Shown piece by piece: positions 35,593-45,413 of a stretch of DNA of 64,000 bases. Within the stretch, counting starts at the first letter, position 1. Every line of letters begins with the position of its first letter. A model generated the notes under the pieces. That model was not told the DNA's origin and ran no database searches. It worked only from the letters and a program-made list of their open reading frames with translations. The stretch is from the NCBI GenBank assembly GCA_965228875.1, contig OZ245843.1, positions 1,904,616 to 1,968,615 on the forward strand, read 5' to 3'. The stretch is from Thalassobaculaceae bacterium (lineage in GTDB: Bacteria; Pseudomonadota; Alphaproteobacteria; Thalassobaculales; Thalassobaculaceae). The position numbers and the translations under genes were made by a program.

Positions 35593-37374
35593 ATGTCAGA
35601 CGATCCCAATCTGGTGAGCGCACAGTTCGGCAGCGGGCGGACATCCGCAAGGCCGTTGCGTCGCGTGCCGTTTCGCATTGTCGTTCTCGGCGATTTCGGG
35701 TTGTCCTCGGAACGCCTGCACGGGTTCGACGAACAGGAGCCGGACGAGGCGCTGGCCGCCGCCGCGCCCCACCTCGATCTTGCGGTTGCCGATCGCCTCA
35801 CGGGCGCCGACCGGCCGCTCGGTCTGACCCTGGCATTTCGCGCGCTGCGCGATTTCACACCCTCCCGGCTCATCGAGGCGGTTCCGGATCTGTCCCGCGC
35901 GTTGGCCGTCCGCGATCGGCTCCGCAAGGGGATGCCGGCGGAGGAGGCCTTCGCCGATATGCCGGCGCTCGCCGATCACGGTGCGCCGCCGGACAAGACG
36001 ACGCCCTCCCCGGAGGCGCCGGCTCCGGCGCCGCCACCCTCGGAACCGTCGGTGGCGCCACGTCCGGCAGCGGACGACGAAGACCCCCTCGACAGACTGT
36101 TCGACATGGTGGACAGCGGAACCGCCGGCCCGCCTCCCGCAGCGCCGTCGAACGCGACCGACAACGCGGCCAGTCGGGCGGTGTCCGCCTTCATCGGCTC
36201 GATGGGTGGCCGCAGGTCGGCGACAAGTCCCGGAGAGACCGCCGCCACGGCCGTGGCACGGGTCGAACGGCGGATCGCCGATCAGGTGGCCGACATTCTC
36301 GACACGCCGGAGTTCCGTTCGCTGGAGACCGCATGGCAGGGCCTGCGGTTCCTGCTGCGCCGGTGCGACCGCCGCGCACAGTGCTTCGTCCATGCGATCA
36401 GTGCGCCCCGCGACGAGGCGGTCGCGGCCGCCCGCGCCCTGCTGGTCGACGGCGCCGACCGACAGCCCGCCGGCATCGGTCTGATCGTTGCAGCCTACGA
36501 CTACGGCTCCGGCCCCGGGGAGATCGCCCGGCTTCAGGAACTCGCCGAGTTGGCGGAGGAGATCCAGGTTCCTGCCGTTGCCAGCAGCACACCCGATTTT
36601 CTCCATGGCGATACCGATCTCGCCAGACGGCGCGATCCCGAGACGTTGCTTCAGGATGCCGCCTATGGGCCGTGGAACAGTCTTCGCGCGAAGCCCGCCG
36701 CGCGCTGGCTGGGGGTTACGGTCAACCGCTTCCGACTACGCGACGGGCACGACCTCGGCGACGCCCGGCGGTTTGCGTTCGAGAATGGGACGGTTGCCGG
36801 AACGCCGCTGGAGGCGGGCGGCGCCTGGCTGGTCGCGGCGGTTGCCGCCGAAAGCGCCGCCGAGAGCGGATGGCCGAGCGACATGACCGGTGCGGACCGG
36901 GCCATCGACGGCCTGCCGCTGTACGGCGATCCCGAGACCGACAGCAACCTGTTCGCCGTCTCCCAGCCCCTGCGCCCGGATGCCGCCGCCAGCCTGGCGA
37001 ATGCGGGGCTTATCGCCCTTGTCGGCCAGGCGAACCGAGACATTGCCCGGGTGGTCAGGGTTGCGAGCGTCCACAGCCGTCGGGCCGATCCGAGCGGCGA
37101 TCTGCCACGCGAAGGTACTTTCGACTACCAGCTTCTGGTGTCGCGGCTGATTCGACAGATCGAAGGCAATGCGGATCTGATCTTCGCCACCGGAACGCCG
37201 GAGGGGATTCGCGACGCGATGGACGCCTTCCTGCGCAGTCTGCTCGGCGCCAGCGCACAGATCCGGGTCACGATTGACACCGACGACCGGGGCGAACGGG
37301 TCCTCACGCTCGACATCGTCACCGGGCATAGCCTGCTCGACGGTGCTTCGGTCCACCTGGATCTGCCGGTCTGA
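35593..37374 (+). CDS. Fused TssB-TssC sheath paralogue
   Basis: N-terminal PFRIVVLGDF...DFTPSRLIEAVPDL (TssB-like), then QVADILDTPEFRSLETAWQGLRFL and WNSLRAKPAARWLGVTVNRFRLR (TssC-like). Confidence 0.85.
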   Translation: MSDDPNLVSAQFGSGRTSARPLRRVPFRIVVLGDFGLSSERLHGFDEQEPDEALAAAAPHLDLAVADRLTGADRPLGLTLAFRALRDFTPSRLIEAVPDLSRALAVRDRLRKGMPAEEAFADMPALADHGAPPDKTTPSPEAPAPAPPPSEPSVAPRPAADDEDPLDRLFDMVDSGTAGPPPAAPSNATDNAASRAVSAFIGSMGGRRSATSPGETAATAVARVERRIADQVADILDTPEFRSLETAWQGLRFLLRRCDRRAQCFVHAISAPRDEAVAAARALLVDGADRQPAGIGLIVAAYDYGSGPGEIARLQELAELAEEIQVPAVASSTPDFLHGDTDLARRRDPETLLQDAAYGPWNSLRAKPAARWLGVTVNRFRLRDGHDLGDARRFAFENGTVAGTPLEAGGAWLVAAVAAESAAESGWPSDMTGADRAIDGLPLYGDPETDSNLFAVSQPLRPDAAASLANAGLIALVGQANRDIARVVRVASVHSRRADPSGDLPREGTFDYQLLVSRLIRQIEGNADLIFATGTPEGIRDAMDAFLRSLLGASAQIRVTIDTDDRGERVLTLDIVTGHSLLDGASVHLDLPV

Positions 37375-37498
37375 TGGCGGCCGACCGCCGGCGTCGACAC
37401 CGACCCATCCGGCCCTTGACGTTCGGTCCCGAAACCCGTTCCAAATGGCACCGGGGAGAAGGCAGGGGCGTGACCACGTCGGGCCCTCGGAGGAGCGA

Positions 37499-38891
37499 AT
37501 GCGCCTAGTGCTGGAGGTCACGAGTTTCCAGAAGGCCCTGATGGGCGGCGGAAGCCGGCACGAATTCGACGAGCGGGGCGGACTGATCGGCCGCGGAAGA
37601 CGCAGCGACTGGGTCCTGCCGGACCCGGACCGGTATGTCTCGGGCACCCATGCCGAGATCTCCCACGATGGAGAGCGGTTCTATATCATTGATGTCAGCA
37701 CCAACGGTCTGTTCCTGAACGACGCGAGCGTACCGCTGGGACGCGGCGGGCGTTGGCCGGTGTCGGACGGCGACCGCATGGCGCTCGGCGATTTCGAGAT
37801 TGTCGCCCGCATCGAAGAAGACGCCGCCGACGCGCGCGTCGCGGACACTCCGCTTCCGGTATCCCGGCCAACGGCACCGCCCCCACCGACATCGGCCCAG
37901 GTCTCGGCCGTGGATATCGACAGTCTGCTTGATGCCGAGCCGGCACCGCCACCTCCGCCGCCGAAACCTCTACCGGCAGAACTGCCGCCCGAATTCGCTG
38001 CAGCGCCGGAACCGCGACCAACGGCTTCCGTCCCTCCTACGCCCCCCCCCACCAACGCCGGATCCGGTTTCCGGACCGCCGCCGTCGGCCGTCGTCCCGC
38101 CGCCACCGCCGCGGCTGACCCCGCGCCCATCGACCGGCCACGATGGCGCGCCGGCCCTCCCACCAGTCCTCGACGCGGAGATCGAGCCGGCGACCGGGCC
38201 ACGGGAACATCCGGCGGTTGGCGAACCGGACACGGCCGCATCCCCCTCGCCGGTCCCGGAGGCTGTCCCGGAGGCGGACGACGCTCCATCCGCGCCGCGG
38301 GAACCGGAACGGGGGGCGGCCGACGGCCCCGCGTCCGAGCCGGCCGCCGTTGCCGACCATGCGGCGGCCATCGCCGAGATGGATCTCGACGACCTGATCG
38401 GTCCCTTGGCGGGCACAGCCGAAATTCCCTCCGCCTCTGAAAGGCCGGCATCCGTGATATCGGCGATCCCCCCGCCGATCCCACCGCCGCCGCCCGTCCT
38501 GCCGAAAGCCGGGCCGGCGCTGCCCCCGGTTCCCGGTTCAGTCGTCGCGCCGGCACCGGAAACCCCGTCGGCCCCGCCCGTTCCCGACGATATCGACGAC
38601 CTGCTCGGCGAACCGTTCGACGCTCCGCCCGACGTCGGCGCCGTCGAGGCGACAGCGGAGGCAGCCACCGAGCCCCCATCCGCAACAACGGCGTCGGGAC
38701 GTCTGGCGCCGGGACGTCTGGCGCTGGGGCGGCTGGCACCGGACCGGATAGCGGCCGGCGCCGACCTGCCCGAGGGATTGGACGAAACCGAACGCAAGGC
38801 CAGGCTTTGGGATGAATTCACCCGCGTGTATAATGACTTGCGGGAGGATGACCTGGATCCCGACACAACGACAGGTAGGCGCGAGCAATGA
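37499..38891 (+). pseudogene. tagH: T6SS FHA protein TagH/Fha, frameshifted, most plausibly at the C9 run 38042-38050
   Basis: FHA domain (IGRG..SDWVLPDPDRYVSGTHA, DVSTNG) in the frame of 37499; Pro-rich region and KARLWDEF end in the +1 frame, whose stop overlaps the tssJ ATG. Confidence 0.8.
38697..38741 (+). repeat. 15-bp tandem repeat, 3 copies (GRLAP/GRLAL/GRLAP)
   Basis: GGACGTCTGGCGCCG GGACGTCTGGCGCTG GGGCGGCTGGCACCG. Confidence 0.65.
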
Positions 38892-39415
38892 CCGTTTCGG
38901 ATCGTGCGGCGACGTACGCGGCGACACTCGGCCGGCTTCGGTCGTTGCTGTTCGTCGTCGTTTCGACGGTCGTGCTCGCCGCATGCTCCGGAAGTTCCGC
39001 ACCGGACCCGACATCGGCCGGCCTGACCGTGCAGGCGACGGCGCGAATCAACCCGAACTCCCAGGGCCAGCCGTCGCCGGTCGTACTTCGGATCTACGAG
39101 CTCAAGGCAACGTCGGTATTCGACACGGCCGAGTTCTCGCAGCTCTTCTACAACGACCAGGCGACGCTCGGCGGCGACATGCTGAACCGCCGGGAGCTGG
39201 AACTGGCCCCCGGTCAGACCGTCGAGCGCACCGACACGCTGAGTTCGGAAACCAGGTTCCTGGGGTTCGTCGCCGGTTATCGCGACCTGTCCAATGCCAC
39301 GTGGCGGGCCCGGGTTCCGGTCGAGTCCGAGACCGACAATGCGATCCTGGTCACCGTCGACGCTCTGTCGATCAACAGCAAGATCATCGAGAGTTCGTGG
39401 TGGAACATTTTCTGA
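38888..39415 (+). CDS. tssJ: T6SS lipoprotein TssJ
   Basis: Lipobox LAAC; INPN..GQPSPVVLRIYELK; VAGYRD..WR. Confidence 0.93.
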   Translation: MTVSDRAATYAATLGRLRSLLFVVVSTVVLAACSGSSAPDPTSAGLTVQATARINPNSQGQPSPVVLRIYELKATSVFDTAEFSQLFYNDQATLGGDMLNRRELELAPGQTVERTDTLSSETRFLGFVAGYRDLSNATWRARVPVESETDNAILVTVDALSINSKIIESSWWNIF

Positions 39416-39478
39416 CCTGTCCGCATCCGCGCTTGCGGACAGCTTTCGCCGAATGAAGCAACAGACCGACGGGCCGCA

Positions 39479-40810
39479 ATGACCAGTACAAAGCCGCTGT
39501 GGTTCGAAGGCATGTTCATGCGGCCGCAGCACTTCCAGCAGAACGACCGGCACTGGGCGGCCCGCCTGGAGGACCGCCTCGCCGGTCTGACGGCCTACGG
39601 CTGGGGACTTCGCGCCATCGCCCTGGACGAGAACATGTTCTCGCTCGGAAAACTGAGCGTGACCGCGGTCTCGGCCGTCCTGCCCGACGGAACGCCGATA
39701 GACGCCCCCAAGGGCGCCGATCTTCCGCCCATGCGCGAGGCGGGCCGCGACAGCGCAGGGCGAACCATTTTGCTGGCGCTCCCGGCGATACGCGGCGACG
39801 AGCCCGACGTCGCCCTCGAACAGCTTCGTTCCACCGTGGCGCGCTTCAATGTCGCCACCGAAGCGGTCCGGGATTCGACCGCGGCGGACAGCGAACCGAT
39901 CGACATGCGCGTCGGCCGCCCGGCACTGCACCTTGTGATCGAAGGCGAGGAACTGGACGACATGATCGCCCTTCCGATCGCCCGCATTCGCGCGATCACG
40001 CCGAGCGGCGGAATCGAGCTCGACGGCGACTTCCTGCCACCATCCCTGACCTGCACGGCCGACCCGGGGTTCGGGGGCTTCCTGAGCGAGATCGAGGCCC
40101 TGCTGAGACGGCGCGGCGAAACCCTCGCCGCGCAGGTCGACCCCTCCCGTGCGGAGGGACTGTCCGACCTCCTGGATTTCCTGCTGCTGCAGACCGTGAA
40201 CCGGAACGAACCGCTGTTCCGCCACCTGGCGCGGGTCGAGCACCTGCATCCCGAGCGGGCCTTCGCCGCCGCTCTGTCCCTCGCCGGGGAACTGGCGACC
40301 TTCATGCCGGACCGCCGGCCGGAGACCTTTCCCGACTACGACCACGGTCGCCCGGCGACCTGTTTTCCGCCGCTGCTCGACACCATCCGTCAGGCGCTCA
40401 GCGTGGTCTCCGAGCGGCCGGCCGTCCAACTGCCGATCGAGGAGCGGAAGTACGGAATCCGGATCTCCATGATCGGCGACCGCACGCTGCTGGACACCGC
40501 GCGGTTCGTCCTGCTGGTGCGCGCCGATGTCCCGACCGACCAACTGATCCGCACGATGCCGAACCAGATCAAGATCGGCCCCGTCGAAGAGATCCGCAAC
40601 CTGGTCAGCGTCCAGTTACCGGGTATCGCGCTCAAGGCGCTTCCTGTCGCGCCGCGGGCGATCCCCTACTACAGCGGCGCCGCATACTTCGAGCTCGACT
40701 CGCGATCGGAGTTCTGGCCCAAGATGGCCACGTCGGTGGCGTTCGCGTTCCATGTCGCGGGCGAGTATCCTGGGCTCAGGTTCGAGTTCTGGGCCATCAG
40801 GGAAGCCTGA
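39479..40810 (+). CDS. tssK: T6SS baseplate subunit TssK
   Basis: WFEGMFMRPQHFQQ, HPERAF, YDH, KIGPVE, EFWAIR. Confidence 0.96.
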   Translation: MTSTKPLWFEGMFMRPQHFQQNDRHWAARLEDRLAGLTAYGWGLRAIALDENMFSLGKLSVTAVSAVLPDGTPIDAPKGADLPPMREAGRDSAGRTILLALPAIRGDEPDVALEQLRSTVARFNVATEAVRDSTAADSEPIDMRVGRPALHLVIEGEELDDMIALPIARIRAITPSGGIELDGDFLPPSLTCTADPGFGGFLSEIEALLRRRGETLAAQVDPSRAEGLSDLLDFLLLQTVNRNEPLFRHLARVEHLHPERAFAAALSLAGELATFMPDRRPETFPDYDHGRPATCFPPLLDTIRQALSVVSERPAVQLPIEERKYGIRISMIGDRTLLDTARFVLLVRADVPTDQLIRTMPNQIKIGPVEEIRNLVSVQLPGIALKALPVAPRAIPYYSGAAYFELDSRSEFWPKMATSVAFAFHVAGEYPGLRFEFWAIREA

Positions 40811-40813
40811 CCC

Positions 40814-41731
40814 GTGCGGCAACCGAGCGGCAGTCCACCGGCGATCGACGACGAGCCGACCGCGATCCATATGCGATCGGGAGGCGTGACGACGCCTCTT
40901 GTCGGAGCGGCGGCAGCACCTCTGGGTCAGGCAAGGCCGACGGCGGCGGCAGCCGCGCGGACGACACCGAGCCCCTCGTCATCGGAGGCAGGCGCCGAGT
41001 TGCGCGCCTATCAGGCGCCGCTGGCGGGCTTCGGAAATCCCTATCTGGCCGCCGCCGCGCCGCTGCTCGACCTGATCGTTGAGATCCACGCCACCCAGGC
41101 GCACCCGGACGTCGCCGGCCTGCGCGCCCAGATCACCGAGCAGGTCCGCGGCTTCGAACGCCGCGCCCTCGAAGCCGGGGCGGTTCCCGACTACGTCCAG
41201 GCGGCCCGATACGCGCTGTGCAGTGCGCTCGACGAAGCCGTGCTGACCACCGACTGGGGGGCCGAGAGTGCCTGGAGCCAGCAGAGCCTGCTCAGTCAGT
41301 TCCACAACGACGTCTGGGGCGGCGAGAAGGTCTTCGAGATGCTCGACGAGCTTCGCCGAACACCGCGCGGCGCGACCGACGTTGTGGAACTGATCGCCTT
41401 CCTGATCGGGCTCGGCTTCGAGGGCCGATACCGGGTCATGTCCGGCGGCGGGGCGCAGCTTGAGGATCTCAGGCGCGAGGTGTTCCGTCAGATCCGCATC
41501 GAGCGCACGCAACGCCCGACCGACCTGTCCAACGGAAACCATGGGCGGGTGGCGGGCCGCGGCCTTCGCCGCTACGTGCCGGTCTGGGTGGTGGCGGCGG
41601 CCTGCGCCCTGATCCTCACGCTGAGCTTCTTCTACTTCGAGGAGAAGTTTCACACCAAGCTCCAGCCCCTGCTTGGCCGGCTCGACGCCCTCATCCATGA
41701 CCCGATGAATGCGACGGGGGGCGGCGGCTGA
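40814..41731 (+). CDS. tssL: T6SS TssL/DotU, without an OmpA domain
   Basis: ARYALCSALDEAVL, LLSQFHNDVWGGEKVF, LGFEGRY; C-terminal TM. Confidence 0.93.
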   Translation: MRQPSGSPPAIDDEPTAIHMRSGGVTTPLVGAAAAPLGQARPTAAAAARTTPSPSSSEAGAELRAYQAPLAGFGNPYLAAAAPLLDLIVEIHATQAHPDVAGLRAQITEQVRGFERRALEAGAVPDYVQAARYALCSALDEAVLTTDWGAESAWSQQSLLSQFHNDVWGGEKVFEMLDELRRTPRGATDVVELIAFLIGLGFEGRYRVMSGGGAQLEDLRREVFRQIRIERTQRPTDLSNGNHGRVAGRGLRRYVPVWVVAAACALILTLSFFYFEEKFHTKLQPLLGRLDALIHDPMNATGGGG

Positions 41732-41733
41732 CG

Positions 41734-44700
41734 ATGCGCGTCCTGCTCTCGATCCTCTCCTTCCTCGGCTCGCGGATGTTCCTGTCCTTCCTGGGCGTGG
41801 TCGCGATCGCACTGCTGGTCTGGTACCTGGGACCGCGACTTGCCGTTGGCGGCTCCGCTCCGCTCGAAGGGGAGTCGGCGCGCATTGCCGTCATCGCCGG
41901 CATCGTGCTGCTCTGGTTGTTCAGCGAGGCCTTCAGGCGCTGGCGGTTGCGCTGGCTGAACCGCCGGATGATCGCCAGCCTGGCCGAGAGCCGGACCCTC
42001 ACCACACTCACCGACAGCCGGAACGACGAGGAAGCGGAGATTATCCGCCAGCGCTTCGAGCACGCGCTGGAGGTGCTGCAGGCGCGCACGGTCAGCGGAC
42101 GCAGCGGCGGCCGCTATCTGTACGACCTCCCCTGGTACGTCCTGATCGGCCCCCCCGGTTCCGGCAAGACCACGGTGTTGAGCAATTCGGGTCTGGAGTT
42201 CCCGCTGGCGAACGAACTCGGCGTCGAGATGATCGAGGGGTTCGGCGGGACACGGACATGCGACTGGTGGTTCACGGAGGATGCCGTCTTCATCGACACC
42301 GCCGGCCGGTACACGACCCAGAACATCAATCCGGAATCCGACCGGGCGGCCTGGCAGACCTTCCTTGAGACCCTGAAGGAGCATCGGGCCCGACGCCCGG
42401 TGAACGGGATCATCGTCTCGGTCGGGCTGGACCATCTGCTAGCCGGTGACGCGGACGGCACCAACCCGGCGGACGCGATCAAGGCCCGGATCCAGGAACT
42501 GATGAGCACGTTCCGTACCCGACTGCCGATCTACGTGTTCATCAACAAGTGCGACCTGATCGCCGGCTTCAGCGAATTCTTCGACGACCTGGGCGGCGAG
42601 GATCGCGAGCAGGTCTTCGGCATCACGCTCGCCCCCACGAAGGCCGGGAGTTCGACGCGCGCGCTCCAGGAGTTCTCCGAGGAGTACGACGCGCTGGTGC
42701 AGCGCCTCGCCAACCGACTCGACATGCGGCTGGACGAGGAGCGGCGCCCCGAGGATCGCCGCGCGCTGTTCGCCTTTCCACAGCAGATGGCCGGCCTGAA
42801 ACGCCGCTTCGACCGGTTCCTGTCGGATGTCTTCCGCCCGAGCCGATATTCCACCCAGCCGCTGCTGCGCGGCGTCTACTTCACCAGCGGCATGCAGGAA
42901 GGCGTCCCGGTCGACGGATTGATGGCCGCCCATGCCGGCGCCTACGGCCTGAACCCGGCTGTGCCGGCCCCGCAGGAAACCGGAGAGCAAAGCTACTTCA
43001 TAACCCGTATTCTGCGCGACGTCGTCTTTCCCGAGCAGCATCTGGCGGGGACCGACAGGCAGTTGGAGCGGCGGCTCGCCGTCTATCACCTCACCGCCTA
43101 TGCCCTGCTGCTGCTGATCACCGCCGGTTTCATCGGCGGCTGGTGGTACTCGGTGCAGCGCGGCGATCCGATGATCGCGGCGGAGAATGCCCGCCTCGAC
43201 CGGTTCGAGGAGAAGCGCGAGGCGTACAAGCTGTCGCCGAACATCGAGACCGCGACCGAGGCGATGCTGGAGCTGGAGCCCGACACCAACCAGGGGACGA
43301 TCCCCGATCTGGTGCTCGACGTGATGGAGAACTTCGGTCTGCTCGCACAGGTGCATGTGGAGCCGCGGATCAACGACGCCTTCGCCAGCGCCGCCAAGGC
43401 CATTCTGGTTTCGGCCATGACGCGCGACATCGCCGGCAATCTGTCCGCCGCGGTGCGTCGCAACGACGACCCGGAGACGATCCGCCGCCTTCTGACGCTC
43501 TACCTCGGGATGAGCGACCCGGCGATGTACGACCGGAACCGGCTGGAAAACTGGGCGGCGCAGACGACCAAACAACTCTATCCGCTCGAGCCGCTGAAAC
43601 AGAGCACGGCCAACGCCGCCTTCGGGCAAACGTTCTCCACCTGGCCCGGCCCGCAGAGGATCAACCAGAACCTGGTGCAGCAGGCCCGCGGCGTCCTGTT
43701 CTCGATGCCGCCGGCCAGCCAGGTCTACTCCCAACTCAAGGGGATCGCGTTCCAGTCCGGGGTTCCGCCGGTGTCGATGCAGACCCTTCTCGGCATCCGC
43801 GACAGCCAGCTCTTCGTCTACCGCCGCGCCCAGGGCGAACGTGCACCGACCATCCCCAACCTCTTCACCGCCGACGGTTTCTACAACCTGTTCATCAAGC
43901 GGACGCCGGCGCTGATCTCGGCCGCCGCCCAGGATGATCCACTGTCCGGGCGCACCGGCGGCGAGGCCGAGGACGACACGCGGCAGGTGATCGCCCAGGT
44001 CACCAAGGACTACACGATCGACTACATCGCGACCTGGAACGAGTTCCTCGACGGGATTCACCTGCGCCCGTTCCGCAACGTCCAGGACGCGAATAACGTG
44101 CTGGAGACCCTGTCCGGCAACGGCTCGCCGCTGACGACCCTCGTCAACGCGGTCGCCAACAACACGATCCTGCCGCTCTCCCGAATGAGCGATCCGAGCC
44201 AGCTCCCGACCCAGGCCGCCGGCTCCAGCGGTTCCGGCGGGTTCGCCGGTCTCGGAAGCCTGACCGGTGGTTCGGCCGCCGCCGGGGTCGCCGCCGGGGC
44301 CGCCAACGCCTCCGCATCGGCGCAGAACACGGCGGCACAGGAAGCCCTGTCGCAGCTTGGACCGTTCTCGCGCTGGCCGGGAACGGCGATCTCCGAGCCG
44401 TTCCAGCCCTTGCAGGATCTCGTCGTCTCGCGGAACAACCGTCAGCCAGGGATCAATGCCGTCCACCAGGCGATCGTCGACCTCTACAGCGCCGTCAACC
44501 TGATCGCCACGGCCCCGGATGTCGGCAAGGCCGCCTTCGACGAGGTGAAGAGCCGGATCGACGATCCACGCAACAGCGTCATCACGGCGGCTTCGACCGC
44601 CGCGGTATCGCAACCTAGCCCGGTTCAGGACGTGCTGAGCGACGTCGCCCGCGAGACCTGGAGCGTGCTGCTGGCCGAGGCGCAGACCTATCTGAACGCC

Positions 44701-45387
44701 CAGTGGCAGCAGAGCGTGGTACCGGAGTGCCGGCGGGCGATCTTTCAGCGCTACCCGGCCTACCGGGACGCCAGGGCCGAGACCGCGGTGAGCGACTTCG
44801 CCAAGTTCTTCTCGCCGACCGGAACCATGGCGACGTTCTTTTCGACCTACCTCGATCCCTTCGTCGACACATCGGCGACACCGTGGAGGACCCGGCAGGT
44901 CGACGGGAAGGGTCTGCAGATCTCCGACCAGACGCTCCAGGCCTTCGCCGACGCGCGGGTGATCGCCGACGCCTTCTTCCCGAACAACGCGCCGACGCCG
45001 ACGGTGTCCTTCACGCTGACGCCTAGCTTCCTCGACACCGCCGCAGCCCGGGTCGCCATCGACGCCAACGGGTCGGTCTTCACCTACCGGCATGAGCGGC
45101 CGCGCGATCTGCACCTGTCCTGGCCGGGCGCCGGCGGCAGCGACAAGGTCACGGTCACCCTGACCGATCTGAACGGCGCGTCGAGCAGCTACGCGGCGAA
45201 CGGACCCTGGGCCTGGTTCAGGCTGTTCGACCACTTCGGGCTGAAGTCGACCGGACTGGACGACAAGTACGAGTTGCCGATCGCGCTCAAGTCCATGCAG
45301 GCCCGTTTCCAGATGAGTGCGTCCAGCGTGGTGAACCCGTTCGACCTGCCTGCCCTGTCCGGCTTCCGCTGCGGCGGCGACCTGTAG
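41734..45387 (+). CDS. tssM: T6SS membrane subunit TssM/IcmF
   Basis: LYDLPWYVLIGPPGSGKTT, CDWWF, IDTAGRY, LRGVYFTSG, GPWAWFRL. Confidence 0.96.
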   Translation: MRVLLSILSFLGSRMFLSFLGVVAIALLVWYLGPRLAVGGSAPLEGESARIAVIAGIVLLWLFSEAFRRWRLRWLNRRMIASLAESRTLTTLTDSRNDEEAEIIRQRFEHALEVLQARTVSGRSGGRYLYDLPWYVLIGPPGSGKTTVLSNSGLEFPLANELGVEMIEGFGGTRTCDWWFTEDAVFIDTAGRYTTQNINPESDRAAWQTFLETLKEHRARRPVNGIIVSVGLDHLLAGDADGTNPADAIKARIQELMSTFRTRLPIYVFINKCDLIAGFSEFFDDLGGEDREQVFGITLAPTKAGSSTRALQEFSEEYDALVQRLANRLDMRLDEERRPEDRRALFAFPQQMAGLKRRFDRFLSDVFRPSRYSTQPLLRGVYFTSGMQEGVPVDGLMAAHAGAYGLNPAVPAPQETGEQSYFITRILRDVVFPEQHLAGTDRQLERRLAVYHLTAYALLLLITAGFIGGWWYSVQRGDPMIAAENARLDRFEEKREAYKLSPNIETATEAMLELEPDTNQGTIPDLVLDVMENFGLLAQVHVEPRINDAFASAAKAILVSAMTRDIAGNLSAAVRRNDDPETIRRLLTLYLGMSDPAMYDRNRLENWAAQTTKQLYPLEPLKQSTANAAFGQTFSTWPGPQRINQNLVQQARGVLFSMPPASQVYSQLKGIAFQSGVPPVSMQTLLGIRDSQLFVYRRAQGERAPTIPNLFTADGFYNLFIKRTPALISAAAQDDPLSGRTGGEAEDDTRQVIAQVTKDYTIDYIATWNEFLDGIHLRPFRNVQDANNVLETLSGNGSPLTTLVNAVANNTILPLSRMSDPSQLPTQAAGSSGSGGFAGLGSLTGGSAAAGVAAGAANASASAQNTAAQEALSQLGPFSRWPGTAISEPFQPLQDLVVSRNNRQPGINAVHQAIVDLYSAVNLIATAPDVGKAAFDEVKSRIDDPRNSVITAASTAAVSQPSPVQDVLSDVARETWSVLLAEAQTYLNAQWQQSVVPECRRAIFQRYPAYRDARAETAVSDFAKFFSPTGTMATFFSTYLDPFVDTSATPWRTRQVDGKGLQISDQTLQAFADARVIADAFFPNNAPTPTVSFTLTPSFLDTAAARVAIDANGSVFTYRHERPRDLHLSWPGAGGSDKVTVTLTDLNGASSSYAANGPWAWFRLFDHFGLKSTGLDDKYELPIALKSMQARFQMSASSVVNPFDLPALSGFRCGGDL

Positions 45388-45413
45388 GCCGGCGGTCAGG
45401 GGAGGAGACCGAG

